DNA of 64,000 nt. Source: the human T2T-CHM13v2.0 reference genome, Homo sapiens. The notes beneath the pieces were generated by a model, which worked only from the letters and a program-made list of their open reading frames with translations, did no database searches and was not told the DNA's origin. Of the stretch, positions 1-12,565 are shown piece by piece. Position 1 is the stretch's first letter, and the number at the start of each line of letters is the position of its first letter. Both the position numbers and the translations under genes were made by a program. The stretch lies in the NCBI RefSeq assembly GCF_009914755.1, contig NC_060928.1; one strand, 5' to 3'.

Positions 1-26
1 CTGAAACTTTACTTATCAGTTCTAAT

Positions 27-27
<1 letters not shown>

Positions 28-58
<31 letters not shown>
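28..58. repeat. Poly-T mononucleotide tract (31 nt) inside L1 ORF2
   Basis: Uninterrupted T run seen directly. Confidence 0.95.
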
Positions 59-59
<1 letters not shown>

Positions 60-3000
60 GTGGAGTCTTTAGGCTTTTCTAAATACAAGAACATATCATC
101 TGCAAAGATAATTTGACATCTTCCTTTCCAATTTGGATGTCCTTTATAACTTTATATTGTCTAATTGCTCTAGCTAGGACTTCCAGTACCATGTTGAATA
201 ACAGTGATGAAAGTAAGCATCTTTCTCATGCTCTGGATCTTAGAGGAAAAGGTTTCAGTTTTTCCCCATTCAGTATGATACTAGCTGTGGCTCTGTCATA
301 TATGGCTCTTATTATGTTGAGGTATGTTTCTTCTATACCAAGTTTTTTGAGGGATTTTATTATAAAGGGATGTTGGATGTTATCAAATGCTTTTTCAGTA
401 TCAATTGAAATGATCATATGGATTTTTGTCTTTCATTCTATTGATATGATGTATCACATTGATTAAGTATGTTGAACCATCCTTATATCCTAGTGATAAA
501 TCTCACTTGGTCATGATGAAAGATCATTTTATTGTTTTGTTGAATTTGGTTTCAAGTATTTTGTTGAGAATTTTTGCATCAATATTAATCAGAGGTATTG
601 GCCTGTAGTTTTCCTTTGTTGATGTGTCTTTAATTTTGGTATCAAGGTAATAATGGGCTCATAGGATGAGTTTGGTAGTATTCTGTCCTCCTGTGTTTTT
701 TGGAATCGTTTAAGTAGGATGGATATTTATTCTTCTTTAAGTGCTTGGTAGAATTCAGCAGTGAATTCATAGGGTCCCAGGATTTTCAGATTCAATCTTG
801 TTTGTTACTGGTCTGTTTAGGGTTTGGATTTCTTCATGGTTCAATCTTGGTAGGTTGTATGTGTCTAGGAATTTGTTCATTTCTTCTATATTTTCCAATT
901 TATTAGCATATACTTGCTCATAGTAGCCACTAGTGATCCTTTGAATTTCTGCAGTATCAGTTGTAATGTTTCCTTTTTGAGCTCTTATTTATTTAGTTCT
1001 TTGTTTTTTCTTGGTTTGTGTGGCTAAAAGTTTGTCAATTTTGTTTAACTTTAAAAAAACACTTTTTGTTTAATTGATCTTTTGTATTGTTTTCTTCATT
1101 TCAATTTTATCTATTTCTGCTCTAATCTTCATAATTTTTTTTTCCATCTACTAATTTTGCATTTAGTTTGCTCTTGCTTTTTCTGGTTCTTTAAGATGCA
1201 TCATTAAGTTGTTTATTTGAAGTGTTTCTTCTTTTTCATTGTAGGCACTTATAGCTATAAACTTTCCTCTTAGTACTGCTTTTGCTGTATCCTATTGCTG
1301 GTTTTGCTATGTTTCCATTATACTTTGTTTCAAGAAATTTTTAATTTTTTTAGAAGATTAAAATTAAGAAATTTTTTATTCCTCTTAATTTATTCAATGA
1401 CCCATTGGGCATTCAGGAACATATGGTTTAATTTCCATGAATTTGTGTAGTTTTCAAAATTCTTCTTGTATTGATTTTGAGTTCTATTCCATTATGGTTA
1501 GAGAAGATACTTGATAGTATTTCAGGTTTTTGTCTGTTTGTTTGTGTGTTTGTGTGTGTTTAAGACTTGATTTTTGACCTAACATTTGATCTGTTTTTAG
1601 AATGATTCATGTGCTGAGATAAAGAATGTGTAGTCTGCATCCATTGGATGAAATGTTCCATAAATATCTGTTAGGTCCATTTGGTTGATAGTGCAGATTA
1701 ACTGATATTTCTTTGTTGATTTTATGTCTGGTTCTGTCCAATACTGACAGTGGGATGATGACGTCTCCAGTTATTATTATATTATTGTTTTGGCATCTCT
1801 TTCTTTAGCTCTAATAACATTTTCTTTATATTTTTGGGTGCTCTAGTGTTGGGTGCAAATTGGGTTAAAATTGTTATATTCCCATGCTGAACTGACCCCT
1901 TTAGCATTATATAGTGACCTTTCTTTGTCTCTTCTTACAGTTTTTTTCTTGAACTCTATTTTATCTGACGTACGGATAGTGATTCCTGCTCTTTTTTGGT
2001 TTCCATTGGCATGGAATATCTTTTTTCATCCCTTTATTTTCAGTCTATTTTTGTCTTTATAGATGAAGTGTGTTTCCTGTAGACAACATATAATTGGGTC
2101 TTGTTTTCTTATCTATTCAGATGCTCTATCTCTTTTGACTGGAGAGTTTAGTTCATTTATGTACAATGTTATTATTGATAAGTAAGGACTTAATGCCTGC
2201 CATTTTGTTATTTGCTTTCTGGTTGTTTTGTTCTCTTATTTTTCTTCTTTTTTTCCTTACTAGCTTCCCTTTTAGCAAATGTAGTTTTCTGTTGTGATAT
2301 GAGTTAGTTTCTTACTTTTTATTTTTTGTGTATCCATTATACATTTTTTGGTTTGAAGTTACCATGAGGCTTGCAAATATTATCTTATAACCATTATTGT
2401 AACCTTGTAACAACCTAATACTGTTTGCATAAGCAAATAAATAAATCAGCAAAAAGAAAACTGATAAGAACTCTATGCTTTAACTTCACCCCCCAACTTT
2501 TTAACTTTTTGTTGTGTTTATATTTTATTGTGTTATCTATGTCTTAAAAAGTTGTTGTGGTTATTATTTTTTATTGGTTCCTGATTTATTCTTCCTACTT
2601 AAGAATAGTTTAAACACCACAGTTACAATGTTATAAATTCTGCTTTTTTTTGTACTTGCTTTTATCAGTGAGTTTTGTACCTTCTGATAATTTCTTTTTG
2701 CTCCTTAAAGTCCATATTTTTCTGATTGAAGTACTCTTTTTTAGCATTTCTTTTACAACAGGTCTGGTGTTGATGAAATCCCTCAGCTTTTATACTTCTG
2801 GGAAAGTTTTCCTTTGTCTTTCATGTCTAAAATATATTTTCACCAGATACATTATTCTAGGGTAAAAGTTTTTTTCCTTTAGCACTTTAAATATATCATG
2901 CCACTCTCCCCCTGACATGTAAGGTTTCCTCTGAAAAGTCAGCTGCTGGATGTATTGGAGCACCATTGTATGTTATTTGTTTCTTTTCTCTTGCTGCTTT

Positions 3001-4222
3001 AAGTATCCTTTCTTCATCCTTGACCTTTGGGAGTTTGATTATGAAATGCTTTCAGGTAGTCTTCTTTGGGTTAAATCTGCTTGGTGTTCTATAACCTTCT
3101 TATACCTGGATACTGATACCTTTTTCTAGGTTTGGGAAGTGCTCTGTTATCCATTTGAATAAACTTTCTACCCTTATGTCTATCTCTACCTCCTCTTTAA
3201 GGCCAGTAATTCTTAGGTTTGCCCTTTTGAGGCTACTTCCTGTATCCTGCAGGAATGCGTCAGTGTTTGTTATTCTTTTTTCTTTCGTATCCTCTGACTT
3301 TATTTTCAAATAGCCTGTCTTCAAGCTCACTATTTTTTTCTTCCACTTCATCAGTTCTGCTCTTAGAAGGCTCTGATGCATTCTTCAGCATTCCAACTGT
3401 ACTTTTCAGCTTCAGAATTTTTGTTTGATTACCTTAAATTATTTCAATCTCTTCGTTACATTTGTCTGATAGAATTCTGAATTATTTCTCTGTGTTATTT
3501 TGAATTTCTTTGAGTTTCCTCAATATAGCTATCTTGAATTCTCTGAGAGCTTCCATGTCTGTTTCTCCAGGACTGGTACCTGGTACCTTATTTAGTTTAT
3601 TTGGTGAGGTCATATTTTCCTGGATGGTGTTGATTGTTAATAGATGTTCTTTGATATCTGGGCATTAAAGAGTTAGGTATTTATTGTAGCCTTCTCAGTC
3701 TAGGCTTGTTTGTACCCATTCATCTTTAGAAGGCTTTCCTGATATTCGAAAGGACTTGGGTATTGTGATCTAAGCTGTGTCTGCTTTAGGGGCCACCCCA
3801 AGCCCAATAACTTGGTGGTTCTTGTGGACTCATAGAGTTACCGCCTGGATGGTCTTGGACAAGATCTGGAAGAATTCTCTGGATTACTAGGAAGAAACTC
3901 TTGTTCTCTTGCCTTACTTTCAAACAAATGGAGCCTCTCTCTCTTTCTCTGTTCTGAGCCACCTGGAGCTATGGATGGAGTGACACAAGCACCTCTGTGC
4001 CCACCATGACTATGACTGTGCTGGGTCAGACCTGAAGCCAGCACTCCACTGGGTCTTGCCCTTGGACAAGCCACTCCCTGGCTACTGCCTATGTTCACTC
4101 AAGGTCCTGGAGCTCGACAATCAGCAGGAGAAAAAGCCAGCCAGGCTTGTGTTCTTTCCATTAGGGATGCCATCTGGTTGCCATCTGAAAGCCAGGAACT
4201 AGAGTCAAAAACCTTAGAAGTC

Positions 4223-4500
4223 GGCCAGGTGTGGTGGCTCACACCTGTAATCCTAGCACTTTGGGAGGCCGAGGCCAGCAGATTGCCTGAGCTCAGGAGT
4301 TTGAAACCAGCCTGGGCAACATGATGAAACCCCGTCTCTAATAAAATGTAAAAAATCAGCTGGGTGTGGTGGCGTGTGCCTGTAGTCCCAGCTACTCGGG
4401 AGGCTGAGGCAGGAGAATCCCTTGAACCCAGAGGCAGAAGTTGCCGTGAGCCAAGTTTGTGCCACTGTCCAGCCTGGGCGACAGAGCAAGGAAGAAAAAA
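4223..4500 (+). mobile_element. Alu (AluS-like) inserted into the old L1 5'UTR
   Basis: ggccaggtgtggtggctcacacctgtaatcc...cctgggcgacagagc. Degenerate TSD aaaaaccttagaagtc / aaaaattcttacatgtc. Confidence 0.95.
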
Positions 4501-5944
4501 ATTCTTACATGTCTTCTTGGTATTCTATTGCAATGTGACTGAGCTGGCACTCAAACCACAAGGAGGAGACCTTCCTCCTCTTCCCTTCTCTTTCCAAAGG
4601 CAGTGGAGCCTCACTTCATAGCCACTGCCCTTGCAGGCCAATAGGGAGAATTGCCAGACTACTGCCAATGTCCCCTTAAAGCAAAGGGCTCTTTAGTTAG
4701 CTTGTAGTGAATGCTGCCTGGCCTGGAACTCACCTTTCAGGGCAGTGGGCTCCTCTTGGACACAAGGCAGGTCCAGAAATGCTGTCCAACAGCCAACTCC
4801 TAGAATTAGGGCCTTACGAGCCCACTTGGTGCTCTACCCAACTCTGGCCAAGCTGGTACTTCAAATTCATGACAAAGCCCCTGTTACTTTATCATCTTTT
4901 CTTATGCAGAAAGATTCTCACTCCATAGCCACCACATCTAGGAGTGTGCTGAGTCTCACCTGAAGTCATCTAGTCACAGAGTCTCACACAAGGTCCTCTA
5001 TGTATTCCTAGGTATTGCTGCTGGTTATTCAGGACCCAATGGTTCTTCAGTTAGCAGGTGATTAATCCTGCCAGGACTGGATCATTTTCTTCAAGGCAGA
5101 AAGTTCCCTTCTGGCCCAGGGTGTATCTAGAAATGTCATCTGTGAGGTAGAGCATGGAAAGGGAGCCTCATGACTCTGATTGGTGTCTTCTCTCACTGTG
5201 GTTGAGCTGGTATCCAAGATTCAAGACAACATCCTCCCCACTCTTCTCTTTTCTCTCTTGAAGCAGAAGGAAGGTGTTTCTTTTGGAGCCATGAGTTGTG
5301 TATCCTAGGAATAGGGGAGGAGTGATGCTAGCCCTCCCTTAGCTTCCCCAGCTGGTGTCTTAGTAGGCTGTGTTCCCCCATTGCACTGGCTCTGGGCCCT
5401 GTTCAGCACTAGGATTTGCCTAGTTATTGCAATCTTTGTGTCCTAGACTTCCTGTTAAGTTTGAGTGCCAGAGCAGTATAGCCTGTGATGGCAAGACTTG
5501 GGGGCACACAAGTTCCAACCACTGGGCTTGGTGATTCCCCTCTGGCTAGGGCTAGTTTAAATACTGCCTTCATGTGTGGGTGTCTGCTGAGCTTGGACTG
5601 GTTTTGCTTTCTACTATGACACTGCAGCACTGAGTTCAGTGCCTCACAGTTGCTGTAATCTCCCTCTCCCTAGTGCACAGCATTACTCTCCATGCCATGT
5701 TACTGCTGCTGGAGGATGGGGGAGGGGTTTGTTGGTGATTCAAGAGTGTTTGTCCTACCTCTTCAGTGTCTCTTTCAGGGATATAAAGTTAAAAACCAGG
5801 TACTGTGAATGCTCATTTGATTTTTGTTCTTATGAAGGTGTTTTCTTTGGGGTGTGTGTGTATAGTTAATTGTTTAATTGATATCCTTGTAGTAAAGATG
5901 ACTGGTGGAGCCTTCTATTCTGCCATCTTGCTCTACCCCCTCAG

Positions 5945-6610
5945 CAATTAATTTTTGTATATTGATCTTATGCTCTGCAACTTTGTTACCTCATTTATTA
6001 CTTCCAGCTTTTATAGAGATTCTACTGGATTTTCTACATAGTAGATCACATTGTCTGCAAATAAACACAAATAAACACAACTTAAACATCTTTCATTTGA
6101 ATATATCTGCCATTTTTGCCTTATTGATCTGGCTAGAACCTTCAGTACAATGTCAAATAGAAGTGGTGACAGTAGACATCTATGTCTTGTTTCAGATCTG
6201 AGTGAAAGAATTCTTTCCCGTTAAATAAATTGTTCATGTTAGCCTGCACAGAATGTTGTTTATTAGTTGAGGAGTTTCCATTTTACTTCTAGTTTTCTTA
6301 AATAGTTTTTCTCAGGAATAAATTTTAGACTCTGTAAAATGCTTTCTACACATCTATAGAGATTATCATATTTTCACTTTTAGTTTGTTTATATGATAGA
6401 TTATGTTGATTTTTGGATGTTAAACCATATTATCCTATGATAACTTCACTTGTTGATTTTGATTTGTTAAAATTTTTGTATTTTTTCATCTTTTCACAGA
6501 TAATTTTGGTTAGCAGTTTTGTCTCTGGTAATGTCTGATTTTGATATCAGAGTAATAATGGTCTCATCAAATAAGTTGGAAAATATGCCCTCCTATTCAA
6601 TTTTCTAAAA
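5945..6610 (-). mobile_element. Ancient, highly diverged L1M ORF2 (RT-region) fragment
   Basis: Resembles the L1 antisense text at 1-720 (ttgtctgcaaataaa...ggctagaaccttcagtacaatg...tgttgtttattagttgagg) but is more decayed. Confidence 0.75.
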
Positions 6611-7760
6611 GAAAATATCATCTCTAGGCAGGTAACTATCAGAAAAAGGAAGAAAGATCATGGGTAGCCTATGAATGTGTATTTCCTTTCCCCACATTTG
6701 CCAGTCAAGTAAGTCACTAAGTGAATGGCTAGTTGTGTAATGTGTCATGAGAGACCACAAATATTATCCTAGAGGTTGCTCTTCATTTAAAAACATGAAA
6801 TGGAGATAAAAGGGCATTTATCATTACATTTTCTTCTCTTTAAAAATAAATTTAAATCCACACTTTTCTCTAGAAGTAAGTCAGAGACCTTTGAAATGAA
6901 ACCATATTTAAGAGCCAACGTATGTTTTCTAGAATCCTTGAATTCAAGGGGATTCAGTACTTGTTCATGGAGCTATCAAGGGGCGGGCACAGGAAATGCT
7001 ATATTCGGTTTACATGTTGGAAAATGGAAAATAACAGTGAGCAGATCATTCAGGGTTCATGGCAAAATAAGACACCCTTAGACCTCTTGCCTCTTATTGT
7101 AGGATTATAACTGTTTCCTTAGTTACATTTATTTCTCAGTGAAATTGCTTTTTATTTTTATCTTACTAGAAACTTTAGACTCTAAGTGAAATGCAAATTC
7201 ACAGTAAAATCTTAAAAAGCAGGCCATTTTTTCCATAACCCAACCTTTTAATGTTGGGGCCCCTGGGAGCTTGATCTCAGGCTTTTTTCTCACTATACTT
7301 GCTCCCCAGATGAAGTGGGTATCTGTTTGGCATGTCATCTCCTTTTGGGAATTGCTCCTTCCCAGTGCTATATGACATGGTGGAGCTACCATTTAATTGC
7401 CCACTTCACCTGCCACAAAGGTGGAAAGATGGCCAGGCTGGCCCTCTAGAGTCTCCTCCCACACACAGTGACTGATTAGAGTCCTTTTAGGGATTGCTAC
7501 AATTGGTAGGTGGGAAAGAATTTCTTTTCCCTTGTGAGGCACAAGCTGAAAGTACCCTGTAAGCCTGGAGCCAGCAGGGGCTTTCTGAAAAATGGCATGG
7601 AGAGGGAAGCATAGCCAACCACCCCTCTCCCCAACAATGCTAAATATATAGCACATATAGTATATAATATTGTACACATACAGTTCAATCTAGTGAAGGA
7701 GACAGACAAGAAAACACAACTAAATGACAAGTTGGACCTAGGATGGAGAGGGAGACAGAG

Positions 7761-8110
7761 TGTATTATTCTGTTTTCATACTGCTGATAAAGGCATATCT
7801 GAGAGTGGGCAATTTACAAAAGAAAGAAGTTTAACAGACTCAGTTCCACATGGATGGGGAGGCCTCACAATAATGGCAAAAGGTGAAAGGCACATCTCAC
7901 AAGGCAGCAGACAAGAGAAGAGAACTTGTGCAAGGAAACTTCCCTTTATAAAACCATCAGATCTCGTGAAACTTATTTACGATCATGAGAACAGAACTGG
8001 AAAGACCCACCCCCCCTCCCCCGTGATTCACTTACCTCCCACCGGGTCCCTCCAACAACACGTGGGAATTCAAGATGAGATTTGTATGAGGACACGGTCA
8101 AACTACATCA
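7761..8110 (-). mobile_element. THE1-family (ERVL-MaLR) solo LTR
   Basis: Reverse complement begins tgatgtagtttgaccgtgtcctcatacaaatctcatcttgaattcccacgtg...gggacccggtgggaggtaa and ends ...atgaaaacagaataataca. About 350 bp with TG...CA termini. Confidence 0.9.
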
Positions 8111-8329
8111 CATTGAGACAGACAGAACTCATCATTTAACCATCAGGCAGCAGGTGTGCCTAAAACTCAACCTCTGTTCTTTTTCAATTTGAGTCAAGAA
8201 ATTGCTTTTTTGTTTTATCTAGTTTTTTTTTGTCACTTTCACCCAACAAGTAGTGACTACTACTTTGTTTTTATTCATCCACATATGCTGACAGCTTACG
8301 CTATTACATTCCCATTTTTAGACTCTCCT

Positions 8330-9300
8330 CTGAACTCTAGATTATTATCTGTGAATATACTTGACTTTCTTCTTGGATTCGATGAAATAGAGACAGCTGG
8401 ACCTAACATTTTTGAAGCCGGACAATTGATTTTCCCCCAAAACCTATTTCTGCTTCACATTTCTGTATCTCAATGAGTTACTACTACCTTTCAGTTGCTC
8501 GTCAGAAAACTGAAAGTCACTTTGATTACCTGTTTCCGCTCACTCTCCTCCAACTCCAAACCATCAGCAAGACCTGCTACTCTTTCTCCCCAAAATTTAC
8601 ATGAATCTTTCTACTTCTCTTCATTTTTACTTTCTCAACCTCAGTCCAAGACAATGCTATCTCTCCCTGTATTGCAATATCCTTCCAAATGCCTCACCAC
8701 TTTGAGCCTTGGTTCCCTATAATCTGTTATCTGCACAGCACCTAGAATGATCTTTTAAAAATATAAACTAGGTCACTTTAGTCTCCTGCTTGGAACCTTA
8801 TTTATGCTTCCCATCGCACGTAAGGTAAATCTTGAATTTTTTTTATGGTCTGAAATACTTTTGATAACTCTACTATTGTCTCTCATCCAGTCCCAAATTA
8901 TGTGGCCTATACTCTAGCCCTCCTCACACGCTGCTCCTGTGTTCCCCCCTCTTACCTTTTTTTTTTGGCTAGATGCTTCTCCTCCCTTATAGCTCAATTT
9001 AAGTTACATCTCCTCAGGGAGCTCAATTCTGTCTACCCTACCTAAAACAAGTAATTCCTGACCAACATCATGGTTCTCTGTCAAAACTCTTAGGTCATGT
9101 ACTTCATACTGTATGTGATAATTAATAATTGTCATTTAGTTTTTTTTTGGTCTCCATCACTAGATTGGACTGCAAGTTCCATAATTGGAAGAAACTTCTT
9201 TTCTACCGCTTAACACCCTGTGCCTACCTCAGTGCCAGCTACACAGATACTCAGAAGGATCTACTGAATGTACAAATGAGTATAAAAATGAATAAATGAA
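8330..9300 (+). mobile_element. L2 3' fragments
   Basis: L2-like ctgcacagcacctagaatgatcttttaaaa...ctcctgcttggaacc...cttccca and terminal aatgaataaatgaa. Confidence 0.65.
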
Positions 9301-10649
9301 TTATACAGGGCATGATATAGAAGAATTAAAGGAGAATGATTCCATTTAGAGTGATATGGGAAGATTGCTTGGGAAAAAGAGGCATATGTGCTAGTCTTTG
9401 AGCAGTAGCTTCAAGAATGGTGGAAAGAAAGGAAATCATATCAGTGAAAACCTGAAAGACAGTGTGTGTGTGTCTGTGTATGTGTTTATGATATATTTAT
9501 CATGTGCATAGACTCCTAGTATGGATATGTGTGGAAGGTAAAACCACAGGGGATGGAAAATAAGCCTCAATAGGGAAAGTGAGGCCAAACTGTAGATTTC
9601 ATTGACTACCAGAAGTGAAAGTTTGGATGAAACTATAGTTTTAGTTTGGATGGAACTATAGTTATAAAAGTAATAAAGAATGTACAGAAAGGAAATTGCT
9701 TTGTTAAAGGAATAAGAAAGTAAAAGTATGAGGAGAGGTGGTGGTAAAATTGACAAACCTTAGTGACAAACAGAATATGTCGACAGAGATGGAGGAGTCA
9801 AAGCTGATTCAAACTTGTGAACTTCTTGGACAAGGATATAGATTCCATTAACAAGAGACAGGAAACCTGGGAAGGCTGTATGTGCAATGAAATTGTGAAT
9901 ATTTAAATACATATATTAATACATTCACAAATAGCCAGCAGAGACTTGGTAAAGGTAATGCAGGAGCCCAAATAAAAATAGAAGATCAAAAGGTTAATCA
10001 GCAACAACTTTCAAATTTGAAAATATATACCCTAGACTAAGGGTATCAGTTATGGATATAAAATCCAGTTATTGCTAGAAGAAAATAATTTAGAACATTT
10101 ATTACAGGGAATTAGATGTTTATAAAATCATTGGAAAACATGGCGGAACCTTATGTTGCAAGACCCTTATCAGTCTTCTGGATTCAAACGTCTCTGATCC
10201 AGTTGTTACCAAGTGCTATTGCTAGCCAGAGGTCAGGAAAATGTTACCTCTATGGTTGCCACCACTGCTGACATAGCCACCTCAACTGACAACCTAGTAG
10301 GTGGATAATAGATATGGGAGTCTAACTGCTGCTTGCATTCTACTGCAATATACTTGTCTGTGCACACTGGTATAAAAAACAAATAATAATTTGCCTCCCA
10401 CTCCTTTCTGCCTTCCAAATATGGTATAAGTGGATCTCATTGGCAGACCCTGTATCATATCATGAACTCTCATGGTAAGTGCACCAGGGAAAGGGAGTTT
10501 TTAGTCTTCCAGCCATTCTCTTTTAGGTGGTGGGACTCCAGGGACATAAAATATAATTGGAAAACATGCTGAGAGCTAGCAGAGAAGACACAGCACAATG
10601 GTCATTGCGCAAAGGGCTATACACACATTTTCTCACTTTTCACCAAGAA

Positions 10650-10810
10650 ATGGTAATTCATATTATTGATACACTGACTTTATAGATAAGAATGTGAAGA
10701 CATAGAAACATTAAGTAACTTGACATAGATCCACATTCTAATCAGTGTGGGAACCAAGATTTGTATCCAGGCATTCAAACTTAAAAGCTGACATTCTTTA
10801 GCCCTATGCT
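10650..10810 (-). mobile_element. MIR
   Basis: Antisense MIR core: tattattgat...tttatagataagaatgtgaagacatagaaacattaagtaacttgac. Confidence 0.65.
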
Positions 10811-12040
10811 GGAGTATTTGCCTTAGAAATAACAGCTGTAGACCTCAAGAAAGAATGTTAACTGAACAAAGAATATCAAGTCTAGATTTTGGGGCAATTC
10901 CCAAATTCAATGAACAGGGAAAGGAAGCAGAAGTGGTAGCTGAGACTAGAGAGTGTTGGAAGTGTGTATCATACTCAAAGTCAAAGGAGGTGAATTATAA
11001 AGGAGATGGTGGTCTATGGTCAATTGGTCTAAGAACAGAGAAACCATCATACTAGGCAAAAGGCAGGTCAGTATTTTCACTGTTATTCTGTTAATATGAA
11101 TAGAAGTATTAATACTGTATTTATTTGAGGGCTACAGTGAAAATCAAGTCATATGAATTAAGAGACGGAAGATAGCTTTTAACAGTTGAGTACCACATTC
11201 CTGGAGTGCTACCCAAATGTGCTTTTCCCCATTGCCTTCTCTTTGGACTTAGTTTATTAAAAGACTTAGGTTCCTGAGTTCCTGTTATGCATCAAAACCA
11301 TTGAGAGAACAGAGAACTCAGTGTGTGTTGTTCCATGTAGTTCTAGAGTTACAGTCATACCCACGTGGCTGCTTTGGCTGAAAATAGATTCTAGATTGAC
11401 AAACTCCAGCCACATCTACCTGCTCTCCTGATTCTACCCTCTGGTAAAAACAAAATAAAGCCTTGGGAGAAATTTTCTGAGTCCTTTGTTGTACTCTGAT
11501 TTTGAGTGGTATGTCATTCCCTTAAAACACAGGAATCTTTATACGGATGTTTAAGGGTACTACTACTTCATTCAGTCTACTCTTCTGGTTTCATAGCAGG
11601 CAGCATTTTGCTAGAATTCAGTATGCATTGTTTCACCAAGGAGCTACTTTCAGCATTATTCCTGCTCAGCTATAGAAAAACATGTTATACTAACATTTAC
11701 TGATGAAGACATTACGGAAGAGGAATATTTCTTGCTGCAGGATCAGATATGTTTTTGAAAATCTCCAGGTGGCAAAAATTCATTCTTTCATTGCTTGTAA
11801 GCAGGAGCTTCATTTGGCTAATTCCTCTGCAACATGATATAATTAGAGCTTTTTGGAATTTGCCTTCTACTATCAATTGCTATAACAAATTATAAATGAT
11901 TAGACCTAAATAGTCTAAGAAAAAATTATCTTGGTGTGTTTAAATGACTCTACATATAATCTTGGCACACAAGGTTAATGATTTGCTCCATGTTAAACAT
12001 TAACACCTGGTTCTGAACCAACTTAAAATTGTGGTTGATA

Positions 12041-12304
12041 TTTTTTTTTTCGAGACGAAGTCTTGCTTTGTCACCCAGGCTGGAGTGCAGTGGCACGATC
12101 TTGGCTCACTGCAACCTCTCCGTTTCCCAGGTTCAAGTGACTCTCCTGCCTCAGCCTCCCAAGTAGCTGGGATTACAGGCGCATGCAACAACACCCAGCC
12201 ATTGTTTTTGATTTTCAGTAGAGAAGGGGTTTCGCTATGTTGGCCAGGCTGGTCTCGAACTCCCAAAGTTCTGGGATTACAGGCGTGAGCCACCATGCCC
12301 GGGC
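12041..12304 (-). mobile_element. AluS with internal deletion, flanked by a TSD
   Basis: T10 tail, then antisense Alu body. TSD aaa(t/c)tgtggttgat at 12026-12039 and 12305-12318. Confidence 0.95.
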
Positions 12305-12559
12305 AAACTGTGGTTGATCTTGCTTCCATGGAATAGCCATCCTGAAAAGTAAATTCCGCTGGTGAAAATGAGATTAAACTGGCATCAGTGAAAAATTTTC
12401 ACTGTAATTGCGGCCCAGTAGAAAATTAACTGGGAATTGGAATATTGTTTATGCTACATTTCTAATATTTTAATTAAGGTTTAAACATTTCTGTAGTGAT
12501 GAAAATGGAAACAATGTATAATGGGGAGAAAAAGACAGAAACATAAAAAATAAAAATCA

Positions 12560-12565
12560 TTTATT
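12560..12565 (-). promoter_or_regulatory. INPP4B: Distal polyadenylation signal (AATAAA) of INPP4B
   Basis: tttatt on +. Followed on the minus strand by a U/GU-rich stretch (tttttatgtttctgtctttttc). Lies at the distal end of the AU-rich UTR-like region. Confidence 0.75.

Larger units (their letters stand above)
1..5940 (-). mobile_element. Old LINE-1 (L1MA/L1PB-type), 5' half: 5'UTR (~3800-5940), ORF1 remnant (~2700-3800), long inter-ORF spacer, ORF2 remnant (starts 2203, runs off the window start)
   Basis: Minus-strand ORFs 226..417 ([17 protein letters not shown]..., L1 RT region) and 3100..3381 (KRANLRITGLKE...FPNL, ORF1-like). ORF2 start ATGGCAGG...TCAATAATAACATTG at 2203. YY1-type CAAGATGGC motif near the 5' end (5922-5930). 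Many stops and frameshifts. Confidence 0.9.

Noticed and set aside
7693-8139. 148-aa + strand ORF
   Set aside because: Almost entirely antisense THE1 LTR sequence, with a non-ATG start and no protein-family signal.
10130-10560. Possible old MaLR/ERVL LTR remnant
   Set aside because: Only vague motif similarity; I cannot assign boundaries or family without a search.
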